A DNA stretch of 64,000 nt from Octopus sinensis. Lineage: Eukaryota. This document shows, one piece after another, positions 24,762-39,805 of this stretch. Each line of letters begins with the position of its first letter. Position 1 is the first letter of the stretch. The stretch covers positions 6,944,001 to 7,008,000 of the forward strand of contig NC_043012.1 of assembly GCF_006345805.1 (NCBI RefSeq). The letters run 5' to 3'. The notes beneath the pieces are model-generated. The model was not told the origin of the DNA and ran no database searches. It saw only the letters and a program-made list of their open reading frames with translations. Made by a program: the position numbers and the translations under genes.

Positions 24762-26961
24762 CCCACCACCACCACCACCACCATCACTCTTTATCAGTTG
24801 TTAAAAGCGCGTCGATCTCCTCTCAGTGATTTTGTTTACAAATAGGGTTTTGGTGACGTCAGATCCTTCCAATCTTCGAAATAGAATTCTTTCACCCCAA
24901 ACATTTGCAAATCGCACGTCTCCTTCGCAAAATTAAGAGGACAAAAATCGATGAATCAAATGATGTGAATCTATTTATTACACATGGTTGACCGGATTAA
25001 CGAAGGTTTTGTTGGATCAAAACTTCTCTCTTTTCATCTCACGTCAAAATTACCGAGATAAAAATACTCGCAAGGAAATTATATAATGTTGTATGTTATA
25101 TAATATTCATTTCTAGAAACAGAAATGTCGAAATGATATTCTCTTTAAGCTTTGAAGAAGATTTAAGAAGTAGTTCTCGGATTAAATTATTTAACAATAC
25201 AACAGTCGAGGAGATGAATAGGATAAATCGATTATCATCAAACTGACTGACCGATTTCTGTTTTATCTTCAGCAGATAAACAAAAATGTTTCGGAAGCTG
25301 GTAAAACTCCGCCGACGCTGTCATCTGATGCTAAACTCGATCGATTTACCTCCGCCATTCATGTTTGCACTAACGCTCCATTGATTTTTTCCCGGGGCCA
25401 GAAATCAATAAAACTTGAGAGCAAATGATGTAAACCTGATTTCAAGAATAGGTAAGACATAAAGAAATACCTGCTGTTCAGAATTATTCAGTTAGCGATC
25501 CAGAAAAGGAGCGTCTGAGCGGTCGCTCTTTCTGCAAAGAAGAGCAGCTAAACCGCCTTCACATTATACATTGTTGTTTTACATAAGAAAGGACACACAT
25601 GCTAGATAATAGTTCTAGAAAGACTGTCGGGGGGGGGGGACTATTGCAATTGGAATGTCTTTCAGTATTGGTCTTTTGGATCAGCTCTGGCTTGGAATTA
25701 AGCAACGAGAGCAGCAATTATTTGACTGACATCTGAGGGAAGATTCCTTAAAAGGAATTATAGAAGGCTGTGACAGTTTTATCAGCCGATCGCATCCAAC
25801 GCTACCATGTTTTTAATACGGATGCTGTGTGTATGCAAAAGAATTGTTTCGTCCATGAAGTTTTGCTATATTTTTGTTATTCATTTTTGTCTAAAGTAAT
25901 CACTAATTGAACTAATCTTTTTTTCATATATATAGAAAAATGTCTGATCGATCTGTTAAGTAAAAAACGGAATAGAGCACGGACGTGACTCGCCAAGAGA
26001 GATTTACCTCCGCCCGCTTACTGCTTTTACTTAGACAGAAACTATCGATTGTCGAAGCACGTATGCATACGAAGTTTCATTGAGACCTACACAAAAGATG
26101 GCGGACTGAGATCATGTGACGTTCATACATCGATAATGTCCTTGAGAATAGTAGGGTAGTAGATAAAACTAAAATGGCTTTAAAGGAAAAAATAATGGAA
26201 AGCAAATTATGGATTCGATTCGCCGAAAGCTTCATTTGTTTTCTAGGCCCTTCACTTGTCTTGCATTCACTTAATGATAGCATGCTGATAACGTGTTGAT
26301 AACAGGTTGATAGCGTGTTATACAGAACTGGTGGGGAGTGGTTAGAGGTGGATAATTGAGGTGGGGGGGAGGAATTGCGAACTACAAAGATATACAAGTA
26401 CGATGGTGGTAAGAATAATGATGATGATGATGATGATGGTAGTGGTGGTGGAGGAGGAGGAGGTTTTTTGTGATGGTGGTGATGGTGATAATCATCGTTA
26501 TGCACACCGTTACTCCCTCTGCGACTGTCATTGAGCACGGCCATGTTGATGGTGGTGGTAGTGGTGATGATGATGATGATGATGCTGACGATGATTACTG
26601 TTATTGGTATCATTCTCATCGCTATCATCACGCCACTGTTGCCATCACTATCGTTCCCCATCATTTTGATTTTGATGCTGCTCAATATCATGATTTTCGT
26701 CATTACCAACATCCATCACTATTATCATCATCATCATCATCATCATCATCACAATTACCACCACCACAACCACCACCACCACCACCAGTAACAATGAGCA
26801 ACTCCTCAATCAACAGAGTATATCCTGTGGAATAATACCCAGGTGCACACTCTGCTCGAAACCCAAATAGCGAAAGAAGCGCGTAATGAACCAAGAAAAT
26901 CTATTTAATTAAATATTACACAATTAGTGAATATTAACATTACACTACTTACCTACACGAA

Positions 26962-27009
<48 letters not shown>

Positions 27010-27059
27010 CCATATATATATATTCGGTGAAGCTAAGCTCCATATCTATAGGCTGTTCT

Positions 27060-28265
27060 CCTATTCGCCCGATAGCCTAGACAAGCACACGGTCGCCTAA
27101 CAGCCGGAGGTGATGAAATAGAAGAGGTGAGCAGTTATGTGTATCTCGGTCACGAAGCGATCATGAGGCGAGGGATGGCGAATGAGATCTGGCAAAGAGC
27201 AAGAGCAGGATGGAGAGTGATCAACTCGGCGAAGGATGTGCTGAAGGAGAACCTAGACAGGGAAACTCGCAACAGTCTCTTCAACAGTACACTCTTACCT
27301 GTAATGTTATATTTAGGTCTTGACGAAGAGAGATGAACATCTGCTTACGGTGCAGAGAGCCATGGAAAGGTCGATACTGGGAATCTTGGAGGGCGGCGAG
27401 CTGGCAGAAACGTTAGCACGCCGGGCGAAATGCTTAGCGGTATTTCGTCTGCCGCTACGTTCTGAGTTCAAATTCCGCCGAGGTCGACTTTGCCTTTCAT
27501 CCTTTCGGGGTCGATTAAATAAGTACCAGTTACGCACTGGGGTCGATGTAATCGACTTAATCCGTTTGTCTGTCCTTGTTTAGCCCCTTGTGGGTAATAA
27601 AGAAATAGAAATAGGTATTTCGTCTGCCGCTACGTTCTGAGTTCAAATTCCGCCGAGGTCGACTTTGCCTTTCTTCCTTTCGGGGTCGATTAAATAAGTA
27701 CTAGTTACGCACTGGGGTCGATATAATCGACTTAATCCGTTTGTCTATCCTTGTTTGTCCTCTCTGTGTTTAGCCCCTTATGGGTAGTAAAGAAATGGGT
27801 ATTTCGTCTACCGTTACGTTCTGAGTTCAAATTCCGCCGAGGTCGACTTTGCCTTTCATCCTTTCGGGGTCGATTAAATAAGTACCAGTTACGCACTGGG
27901 GTCGATATAATTGACTTAATCCCTTCGTCTCTCCTTGTTTGACCCCTCTATGTTTAGCCCCCTGTGGGCAATAAATAAATAGATACTGGGAATCTTCCTA
28001 AGAGATTACACCCGAAAAGAGATCAGAGATGTAATTGGAGTGAAGCAAAGCTACTATGAGCCGGTCATGTCGCAAGGTTCACAGACGATCGGTGAATCAG
28101 TGCAGTTGTCGAGTGGTACTCACGCGAGCAGAAGAGGCCACTCAGAAGATATCCATTCAGATGGGAAGGTGATTTACGAAAAATGTTTGGAATAGCGTGG
28201 AGAATGGCGAGAGCATGAGGGGAATATGGTGTTTGCTGTGGTTAGCAGAGCCAACCCAGGCGATC
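27060..28265 (+). mobile_element. RTE-clade LINE 3' fragment interrupted by a SINE trimer
   Basis: EEVSSYVYLGHE...ARAGWRVINSAKDVLKENLD...LFNSTLLPVMLY...VQRAMERSILGI, resuming after 27996 with AGHVARFTD...VVEWYSREQKRPLRR. Confidence 0.88.
27388..27981 (+). mobile_element. SINE family A trimer (one head, three bodies) with a 15-bp TSD
   Basis: Bodies start at 27439, 27614 and 27798. TSD gatactgggaatctt is at 27373-27387 and 27982-27996. Confidence 0.92.
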
Positions 28266-28271
28266 CAGGTG

Positions 28272-28360
<89 letters not shown>

Positions 28361-30146
28361 TATATATATATGAGGGAGAGAGTGTGTGTGTGTGTGTGGA
28401 GGGAGATGGAAGGGGAAGAGAAGAGAGAGAGAGAGAGAGAATTATAAAAATATATAAAAGGAGCAAAAATACTGGAGATTCAGTATACACCATGTGGCAA
28501 AATTATGAGTTGAAAATATGTGGAAAACATATATAAAAAGTAGAAGAGAAATGCCTTCGGTCACATAGTTTAATATCTTTTTATAAAGAAATTTTTTTTA
28601 AATGTATACATATTTTATTGATGGAGATATATCCAATCGGTTTACGCTATTTAAATTAGCTTTTCAATGGACATTGTGAAGTAATCACTTCTAGTAACAA
28701 AGAGGTGTTGCCATTTTGGATGCTTGAAAAATAAGAATGAGTCTAGAGAGTGGACGAAGAGAGGTAACAGGTGGCAATATATATATATATATATATACTA
28801 TAAATGGTTTCATTATTCTCATATTCTACTATAAAATACAACACAGCTATATTATGCTGTATTATTTCATTATGCAAATTTATTCACCACACTATTGTTG
28901 TTCACACACTATGTGCTAGACTACACTGCACTATATAATACTTTAATATAGACTATATAATATGTCATATACTAAACCGGCGAATTGTCTGAATCACTTA
29001 ACTCGTTGGCTAGATTACTTTCACGTTGGTGATACAGCGCGTTATTGATTCAAGTCCAGCCGCTTTCAAAATTTTTCGTTTTAACCCATTCAGGGTCTAA
29101 AACACAAATTTAGGGAGATAGACTTGCAGAACTGTCTGAATATCGATTGAGGTACCTTGCGGTATTTGTTTTGATCCCTTGCTTGTTTGGACAGCGACGC
29201 CTTCGACAGCTCTGCTCTGGTATCACACTACATCGGCTCTAAAAGTGTTTTTTTTTTCTCTTGGTTTAGGACATCGATGGTGTAGAGAGGAGAGATTTAC
29301 ATGCACGAACAACTGTCAATCTTCCACAAAAAGCACCTTGTCCCGGCCTTCACATGCACGAAGGGATGCTGAAAAGATACTTGCCTTAAGGTTGTTGCAA
29401 AAGGTCAGGTTGGAGGCCAAACCATCCGAGTTCTTTTACAGGGCTTCAAAAACCTGAAGGACCGATGCAATAAGTGCGTGATTCTGAGACTGGAATTTGT
29501 TATAAAATCATAATTAACCGATCCTCCTCTATTTTCTTTTATCTAAAGTCAGAAAAAGGAGTAACTGGTCAGCCTGACCAAATGAGGTCCTGCTATTCTA
29601 TACCATTCTACATCACCGCTCTGCACACCTTGACCTCACAATATTACACTACTGTTCTACGTGCAAACGAGGATACATATACGAGGTAGCTTCACTAGGG
29701 CTAAACAGCAGCTAAATCTCCCTCAGATCACAAATCCCATCCAGCTTTGTTAGAAAGGACATGTTCAATAACGTGGTTAGGGGTCCCCAGTACTTAGCCG
29801 AAATAATGAGATCGTCATGGTTAGAATGTCTTTGATCATGGACCGGCTTGATCAGAGCTGACCTGGAGGGTGAACTGCTACCGTTTTTCACCACACTGTG
29901 ATATACACTACATTACTATACTACTTTATAGTATATTAATCTATTAACAAATGTGGAGGCACAATGGCCCAGTGGTTAGGGCAAACACTTCTGCTGACAT
30001 TTGTCATATTCTAAGATACACTTATTACTACAATGTATCAAAGTTATGACATCTTAATAATTTACCTTTCTCCCCCTCACCCACTTCTCTCTCTATATAT
30101 ATCTATCTATCTATCTATCTCAGTCTCAGTCTTTTTGTTTCTCACT

Positions 30147-30191
<45 letters not shown>

Positions 30192-30391
30192 CTATTTCTT
30201 TAAACAATTTACAACAGAATTAACAAGCACAGCAGCAACAATAGTAGTAGTAGTAGCAGTGGCAGTAGTAACAGCAGCAGCATCAGCAGCGGCGACGGTG
30301 GCGTTAGCAGTGCTGGTGGTGGTGGTTGTTGTAGTAGTAGCAACAGCAACAGCATCAGCAGTAGTAGCTGCAGCAGTAGTAATAGCAGCAA

Positions 30392-30424
<33 letters not shown>

Positions 30425-32246
30425 CTGCAGCAGTAATAATAGTAGCAATAGTAGTAGTAGCAATAGTAGTAGTAGTAGTAGTAGTAGTAGTAATAGCAGC
30501 AGCAGCAGCTGCATTGGTTATTACTATCATTTCATAGACTGCCACAATGAAGAAGCCTTGAATGGCCGAAAGCCAATCGAATCGTCGTCGTCGTCGTCCC
30601 CGTCCCTAATACTTCCATGTTCTCCTCTCTCTGTAATTATCATGAAACACTTTGCATGCTGTGATGCAAGACTTTCTTTATTATAATCTTCTTATCGATT
30701 ATGGAATTGATTTCTCTCTTTATTTCTCATAAGCGTTAAAAATATTCCCGTGATTACTCTAGAGAGCTTTGCAGATTTTTTTTCTATCAATTTTTATTTT
30801 TATCTATTTTCTTTTTTTGCTCTCGTTTTGTTTCTGTTTCTGTATTCGCCTTTAAAATAATAATTTTTCAGTTTAATTTTTACAGTCCTTATTTTTATTT
30901 CAATTTACATTTTTTTTTCTCTTCTGGTAACTGCTCCATTCCTACGGTTATGGTTTTAGTACTCTGAGGTCGAGCCAAAAGAGAGCAAGCAAAAATTGTG
31001 GTAAGCTCTCATACGAACTAATTCTACTTCATGCTCTCGCTTCCATTCCCTGCCATTCCTTGCTATTAATGTATCCATCTATGAAGATAGATTAATAGCA
31101 TACTCTAACTCCCTATGTACGTACTTCTCTAGATAATTGGCTTGCTAGTTAAATACGTACCTACCTATGATTTCCGATAGATGTCAATAGGCTGGCATGC
31201 TTCTACGTTCAGAGAAGCTCACCAGGCTATTGACCGGTGAGCTTCTAAAAATAGTCAGAGAAACCTTCTTCAAGTCACACTTTAGCTTAAGAAGTAAGAC
31301 ACATTGGATAATATATTGTTAGAAACGCGTGCATAAAACAGAGATAGCTATGGCTGTAACTCCTTTGATCATAGCTCTGCTTGATTGGGGTCAAAATGAA
31401 GGCTCTAAATCAATAACAGCATCTCAAGTTCAGACTTGATCATTGACAGAAAGACACAAGGCCAGGCATTGGTGTCCAGCCAACGAGTGTATTAAGGATT
31501 ACTGGTCATATGGTGCATTCTTCGCAAACATCGATCGATAATCTCGAAAGCCAGATCGAATATAATCAAAAAGGATTTGGATCGAGTTCAACAAACGGCA
31601 TAAAGACGAGACTTTGGTGCAAAGTCTATGAAATAACAAAGGTTACGTTTTTATCTTGTGTGTTCTTCAGTAACAGCTTAAATGCTAAACGGTTAAAATT
31701 ATTCCAACTCAGTCTCTGAAACTAATAAACACATTAATTCAGGCGGTCGGAAAAGATTTCTTATAATTTTGTAAATAACACATCGACAAGTTCTAATACT
31801 GATTTTCTCGCGGCCATTTACATCTGAAATCCTAAGAAACATATTCTCATACCTGGTATCGATTTCAAACGGCCTCTTGTACTAAGAATCAAAGATTTAT
31901 TCACTATTCTCAGAGTCACAGTGAGATATCTGAAGTATTTATAATTAATTCATAGCGTTAAATTAAATTAACTCATAATACAGCGTCTTTGTAAATAAAT
32001 ACCTTGTTCACTCGTCGTCTCTTTATTCACACTATAATTTCTCTGTCCATGGCGCAAACACCTCCAAACAATAATTGATTTACATAAGAGGGGAAAAGCA
32101 AACTCTAACTCACGAGTGAACTAACACACCTTTTTATCTATGCAAATCTCCTTTAAAAAATCAGATTTTGCTTAAATCTTTATAGTCTGAAAGTTTTGAT
32201 TGGGGACAAATAAACTCATCTGTAAATCTTAAGAGAATTAAATATT

Positions 32247-32477
32247 TATTTCTTTATTGCCCACAGGGGGCTAGTCATAGCGGGGACAAACAAGGATAGA
32301 CACAGGGATTAAGTTGATTACATCGACCTCAGTGCATAACTGGTACTTATTTAATCGACCCCGAAAAGATGAAAGGCAAAGTCGATCTCGGCGGAATTTG
32401 AACTCAGAAGGTAACGGCAGACGAACTACCGCTAAGCATTTCGCCTTGTGTGCTAACGATTCTGCCAGCTCGCCGCC
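32247..32477 (-). mobile_element. SINE family A monomer with an 18-19 bp TSD
   Basis: cttaagagaattaaatatt at 32228-32246 and 32477-32495. Confidence 0.9.
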
Positions 32478-32998
32478 TTAAGAGAATTAAATATTAATAA
32501 CAAATGGAAGTAACTATCACTATATTAAATTAGAACAATCGGGGTGGAGTGGGGTTAAAAGGATGAATAAAGAAAAGCTCAGAGTTAACCCCCGAATAGA
32601 GTTGATATTAGAATGCATTAAAGACCAACGATATTGATCAAGTAATTCATTCGTCCAACAATTCTACCAATAATGGCAAAAAGCAAAATGTATCATTTAA
32701 TCTGTTATCTATATTTTAAAAGCTATAATTTGTAATATTTTTTTTAAATTACAAAATGAAGCCTTTCCAATATGAGAATCTGGTTCGTCAAAGGATTATG
32801 TGAATGCCTTAAAATTCTTCCGTCGGATGAAATGCTGAATGGTATTTCGTTCGGCTTTACGTTCTAAGTTAAAATTCCAACGAGGGCAATTTTTCTTTTC
32901 ATTCATTCGAGGTTGATAAACTCCATTTGAAAACTGGAGTCAATCTAATCAACTTACCTGATCCCTAAAATTGTTGGATTAGTGCCAAAATTTGAAAC

Positions 32999-33040
<42 letters not shown>

Positions 33041-33541
33041 CATTATTATTATTATTATTATCATTATTATTATTATTATTTTCTTTAAAGACGCTAGTTT
33101 CCTTTTGCTTTGTGTTTTTCCGCTAATTAACGTTAAGCAACCACGATTCTATTTTAAGAATTACAGTAATACATATATTCATATTTTTATTGATGTTTTT
33201 ATTAGTATTTTTATTGTTACATTTTCTGGTTTCTTTTAGCATTGTAAATTGATACTAGCGCGCTGCATTCGATCTCCTGCATCTTTTCCCAACAAGTAAT
33301 TAAGAAATTCAGTGATAGCAGTAGAATATTTATTTAACTAGGTCACAACCCCCGACCAACAATTACAGTGAAAAAACAAAAAAACAAGAAAATAGTGGCT
33401 GTGGGGAGGACGACTTGACAGGACGGGTTTCTTTGGCAAGTTTTTTTATTTTTTTAACCAATTCCACATCAAATTTAATATTTTTATAGTTTCTTTTTTC
33501 CACCCTCAGAATAAAAGTAGGGTTTTCCTTCAGGTCTGTAA

Positions 33542-33617
<76 letters not shown>

Positions 33618-34382
33618 TGTGTGTGTGTGTATGTATGTGTGCATGCATGTGTTGTGCATGTATGTATACATGTATGTGTGTGTTTACCCTGCATCCCCGC
33701 TTGACAATCGGTGAGGGATTTAATACGTCACCATAACTTAACGGTTCGGTAATAGGTGTCCAACAGAATATCTACCGGATTTGCAACTGACTACGGGGGT
33801 CGATTTTGTTCGACTAAACACTTCAAGGCGATGCTCCAGCATGGCCGCAGTCCAACGACTGAAACAAGTAAAAGATTAAAAGATATATTTAGAACTATAT
33901 TAACCAAAATGTCCTTCCTTTCTTAATACGGTAGTGTGTTATATGTCAGAGATTTGGTTGAATTTTCTAGTAGATTAAGCTACCACATAGAAGCACTTTA
34001 TTTTAGATATGGTTAGTAGAATGGGAGATGGTGACATGTATAAACAACTAAAATGTATGTATGCATGCATGAATGCATCTATGCATGGATGTATGCATGT
34101 GTGTGTACGTATGTATGCATGTATATAAGTATGTAAGTACGTATGTATGTATTATGGATAGATGTATAACAACTAAAAATGAGAATTCCAAGGGAAGAAT
34201 TTGATGAATTTTCACCATCTAGTAATTGAAACCTTATCGCTCCATATTAGTTTACAAGGAATTTACCGCTTACATTAAGAACATATCCATATACAAGACT
34301 GGTTTCTTTTCTCACAGGTATCATAACCAGTTATATTAGAGAGCATATATTAGTTATTAGATGACTATTATATAAGTATATA

Positions 34383-34422
<40 letters not shown>

Positions 34423-34487
34423 GGAGTGCCACGACCTATGTATGTATGTATGTATGTATGTATCTATATATATATTATATATATATC

Positions 34488-34870
34488 GTGGCACTCTTGT
34501 CGGTTACGACGACGAGGGTCCCAGTTGATCCGATCAACGGAACAGGCTGTCCGCGAAATTAATGCGCAACTGGCTGAGCACTCCATAGACTCGTGTACCC
34601 TTAACGTAGTTTTCGGGGAGATTCAGCGTGACACAGAGCGTGACAAGGCTGGTTCTTTGAAATAAAGGTACAACAGAAAAAAGAAGAAAGAGTGAGAGAA
34701 AGTTGTGGTAAAAGAATGCAACTGGGTTCACCACCACTCCCTGTCGGAACCTCGTTGAGCTTCAGGTGTTTTCGTTCAATAAACACTCACAACGCCCGTT
34801 ATGGGAATCGAAACTGCGATCCTATGACCTCTTGTCCGCTGCCCTAACCACTGGGCCATTGTGCCTCCAC
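34488..34870 (-). mobile_element. tRNA-derived SINE family D; a plus-strand copy is at 39345-39757
   Basis: Head gtggaggcacaatggcccagtggttagggcagcggac..., body caactttctctcactc and gaatctccccga.aactacgttaagggtacacg. The two copies align. Confidence 0.85.
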
Positions 34871-36968
34871 ACAAACACACACACACACACACACAGAGGC
34901 ATATATAGATAGATTAGTTTTTTGGAGCGTATTTCATAAGTACTGTTTATACAGGTTAAATGAATTAAGAAATACAAAGATTTACTTAACTCTCTTACCA
35001 TAATAGGTTGTTTATATAGCTGATATTTCAGTAGCATGTACCACAGCTAACCACAAACTCATATTTAGAAAAAAATTGCAAAAACGCCAGAACGAAAAAC
35101 TACATTAAGGAAATGAAATCACAAAATAACAAACCACAGAACCCTCTTCTGAAAACCAATGTAAGTTGTAAACATCACGACTCAGACTGTTACACCGGCC
35201 GCACAAGCATGAAACCCTCTCACCGGTTGACGATGCATTAACATCAAGGAGTGAACGGAATTCTTTATAATACATTACCTGAAATGATAATAGAATGACA
35301 AATATTAGATGACAGGCAACAAATTTATATAGGATTACACATATGCGCACACAAAGGACATAATATTGAAAAGTTTACACACAGCAAAATACAAACCACA
35401 CAAAAATACAAACGAAAAAGAAACACATGTACATCACTTGTGATATACAACACTAGCGGTTCACGTCATGAGATCTACCTGGATTTAACCGTTACATAAT
35501 TTTTAAATCTGGCGTTAATTATTTCTATCAGTTACAAAAGTATTCCCTTGATCCTTTGAGGCTCAATGCATAGCGCGCGAATGAAACGCAACTGTTCTCA
35601 TCCATTCATTCCGAGGATTACATCGGAAAGGTTTTGAAACATCAATGGACTAATGGTTTCAGGAAAGCTGTTCTTCCAAAATAGACATAAAAGGATTAGC
35701 AAGGAAACACGAAAAATCCGTAAGACAATCAAATTCGAATATAGCCATGTCTATAGTTAAAAACAATAGCAAGTAAACAGTGAATTGAAAAAAAAAATTT
35801 GATAGGAAAAGTAGCGTTCCAGATCCCAGAAGGATTTCACGTCCCCTCGACGTCAGCAATGTGTGTGTGTGTGTGTTGTGTGTGTGTGTGTTAATTTTTG
35901 AGAGCCTCTTTATAAATAAATTTACGTGCAGTGGTTTCAGTACAGTTTTTTTTTATTAATTGATTGATTTGTCAGGGAAATTCGCTACACCTCCATACAC
36001 TTCTCAATGAGTTCTCCACAAGAAACAATACATACATACATCTATTACATACATCTATTACATACTATATATATATATATATATATCTATATATATATAT
36101 AATATATATATATATCTGAATTGATTGGTTCCTGACATCGATTATAGCATTTCATATACAGGAAGTGAACTGTAGGTGTTTACCACCTGGCAAAGGCGCA
36201 GCATACATGCAGACATACATATATGAAATACATACACGTATACACGAATCTCTGTTTGCCTATTCGCTGCTGTATTATCACAGTTACAACATAATGCATA
36301 AAAATAAATAGAGTCTGTATAAGAAAATGAATAAAGCTGACAAAATTACTACTTCCAGCCCACACCGTACCCGACAAAACAGAAAAAGAAATATCAAAAC
36401 GGTATGGAAAACAAAAACAAAAACGAATAAATAAACAAATGATATCTAAAAGAAAACATAACTGACAAATAAAGGGACAAATAAGAGAAAGAAAAAAATA
36501 GTATGAAAAAAAATAACAGGGATTAAAATAGAACAGCAACGGGGGTTGCGTTTTGTATTTTATCATTGCATGTGTTTCCGCTGCGATTTTGTGAATGGGA
36601 GGGTTTACTCTGCAATTATTAACGATCCCTTTTCCTACCTAAACTGAGGAGAATACCAAAATGGAAAGCAACAATTTTCTTTCCCTTTCTTTTATTTGTT
36701 AATGTTATTTGTTCATTATTGTTGATGTTATTTTTGTTGCATTGTGCTATTTAGAGAAAAGGTGTTGCTTGGTTTCCATCTTAGCAGAAATCAATAAACG
36801 TGAAAAATAAACTTATTTTATATATATATATATATATATAGATATATATATATATAATATAAATATATAATATTTTCGTTGAATAATTAAATACAGCCTT
36901 TTATTAGCATTAAGCCATTGTCTAAACGAAGACACATGCAATCGAGAATATATACACATACATACATG

Positions 36969-37010
<42 letters not shown>

Positions 37011-37011
<1 letters not shown>

Positions 37012-37305
37012 GCGCATGGGCCTAGTGGTTAGAGCAGCGGACTCGCGGTCGAGGGCTCGCGGGTTCGAATCTCAGACCAGGCGATATGTATGTTTAAGAG
37101 CGAAACACCTAAGCTCCACGCAGCTCCGGCAGAAGGTAATGGCGAACTTCTGCTGACTCTTTCGCCACAACTTTCTCACACTCTTTCCTCCTGTATCTCG
37201 CTGCTCACCTGCGACGGACTGGCGTCCCGTCCAAGTAGGGAACCTATACGCCAAGGAAACCGGGAAACCGGCCCTTATGAGCCAGGCATGGCTCGAGAAG
37301 GAACA

Positions 37306-37310
<5 letters not shown>
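37011..37310 (+). mobile_element. tRNA-derived SINE family E with V-domain-like block
   Basis: Head ggcgcatgggcctagtggttagagcagcggactcgcggtcg..ggttcgaatc, and cctgcgacggactggcgtcccgtcca resembling the V-SINE core. Its 5' body is shared with family D. Confidence 0.78.
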
Positions 37311-37337
<27 letters not shown>

Positions 37338-38214
37338 TGAAGTGGGCATGTCTTGGCTTAGACAATGTGTTAATTCTGATATGATAAAAGGCCGTACTTG
37401 ATTGCAGGTACGTGTAAATTTTTCCTGGCTCTCGTCTCTCTTTCTTTTCTCCTTTCCTTTCTTTTGACTTTATCCATTCTGTCTTGGACTTTCTTCTAGT
37501 TTCCGACGAAAGACTGTGTCCGAAACGTTATGCATTTACCCTAATAACTTTTTTCCATTCTTGAAGCGTCACGCTAATAATATCAACCGTTCCCCTCCCT
37601 TGCACGCTCGCTGTTTTTTCATGTTTCTCTTTGCTTTGCTCTCTCTGTGTGTGTGTGTGTGTAGGTGGGTGGTTGTGGGGGTGTTTATGTATGGTTTTGC
37701 AAAAGCATTGAAACATTGGATTAAAGGATAACACAACACTTTTTAGTAAAGTATCATATTTATTTCCTGAGTCAGACGAAGTAGATGGAGATGATGCAGA
37801 ACACTGTCTATCATATAACACACACAAACACACACACGCATACACACACACACACACACACACACACATAAATATGTATGTATATGTGTGTGTCTTTATA
37901 TATGTATAACGTATCTATGAATTGTGTATATTATACATATATACATAAAAATTGTTTATTGTATAAATGTATATATAACATTTATAAGATACACAACGTG
38001 TATTTTTACGTATGTATATGTATGTAGATATATAATACATATTCATGCATATAACATCATATAACATTATAATCATATAATCAGTATATCATATAACATT
38101 ATAATAAATGCGTGTGTGTGTGTGTGTGAGTTTCCCTGCATGACCACAGTTCTATGACTGAAAATAGTTAAAAAGATAAACGGATATATATAAATATACA
38201 CGTCGTATATATAT

Positions 38215-38450
38215 ATGTATTTCTTTACTGTCCACAAGGGGCTAAGCATAGAGGGGACAAACAAGGACAGACAAAGGAATTAAGTCGATTACATCAACTC
38301 CAGTGGGAAACTGGTACTTTATTTATCGACCCCGAAAGGATGAAAGGCAAAGTCGACCTCGGCGGAATTTGAACTCAGAAAGTAACGACAGACGAAATAC
38401 GGCTACGCATTTCGCCCGGTGTGCTAACGTTTCTGCCAGCTCACCGTCGT
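38215..38450 (-). mobile_element. SINE family A monomer
   Basis: Consensus core and tail as at 24465-24695. Confidence 0.88.
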
Positions 38451-39755
38451 ATATATATATATGTGTGTATTTGTGTTGTATGTTAAGTTATTAAGAATCC
38501 CGTACAGACCCAAACACCTCACAACAGACGAATATTACATCTATACTATAGTACACATCAGTGGCAAGCCACGTCTACCAGAATGTGTGTGTGTGTGTGT
38601 GTGTGTGTAGCTTATATGCATTCGTTAATCGTCTTTCGCTCGTTCATTCATTCATAAATACACATTGAGTAGTCACTATTCGTCTAACTAACGCATGTGT
38701 AATACATAATTGATGGCAACATAAAACCTGTGATGTCCCCATTTGATTCGTGGCAGCTGTGCTACAAATTAAATTCAATATATTCAACTTGTAGGACAGC
38801 TAGACACTGATTTGGCAAAAACAAAGTAGTACAACGTCCATTTTTTTTTGTCTACTGTCCATCAACCACTGCTCTCAATCACTAACTACTACTACTACTA
38901 CTACTATCATTATTTGTAAAGGTTCTACAAACACAGCTATTATTGTGTCCAGCAGACTGCGGCTTCAACACTCACTTCGGCCATGATTTGAGACTGATTC
39001 AATTATCTGTAGTTTAAGCACGCAGTCACATATTGAATTTTTATAATTATATATAATATATTAAGGTAAGCTTACATATACACACACTTATATATAAGTT
39101 ACAAAATATTATGACGCATGTGAATAGCTTTTAGGTAATACATATACATACCTATATACTTATGTACATATACGCATGTATTTTATATATGTAAATGTAT
39201 TTGAGTATATATCTACATTCTGAGGTGTATTCACAAATTTTGCCCAAGAGAAAGTTAAGTACGATACTGCTTGGCACCTGCATCATCACAGGCCTTTACG
39301 AATGCAAACGGATGGAGCGCGCGCGCACACACACATATTTATATGTGGAGGCAAAATGGCCCAGTGGTTAGGGCAGCGGACTCGCGGTCATACGATCGCG
39401 GTTTCGATTCCCAGACCGGGTGTTGTTAGCATTTATTGAGCGAAAACACATAAAGCTCCGTAAGGCGCCAGCAGGGAGTGGTGGCGAACCCTGATGTGTT
39501 CTTTCACCACAACTTTCTCTCACTCTTTCTTCTTGTTTCTGTTGTATCTATATTTCAAAGGGCCCGCTTTGTCACACTCTGTATCATGCTGAATCTCCCC
39601 GAGAACTACGTTAAGGGTACACGTATCTGTGGAGTGCTCAGCCATTTGCACGTTAATTTCAGGAGCAGGTTGTTCCGTTGATCGGATCAACTGGAACCCT
39701 CATGGTTGTTCCGTTAATCGGATCAACTGGAACCTCATATATACATATGGAGTGC

Positions 39756-39805
<50 letters not shown>

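Noticed and set aside
27388-27981. CRISPR-like array interpretation of the tandem units (also 57751-59690)
   Set aside because: The units repeat in full with no unique spacers, the DNA is eukaryotic, and there are no cas genes.
37011-37085. tRNA genes (also 49915-49990, 39345-39420, 55295-55365)
   Set aside because: They have A and B boxes but no closed acceptor stem, and they run into SINE bodies. These are SINE heads.
37495-37535. ccgacga-aagac-tgt-gtcc-gaaacgtt as a hammerhead
   Set aside because: The core has a U4 change and stem I does not pair beyond 1 bp. At best it is a Penelope-like relic.
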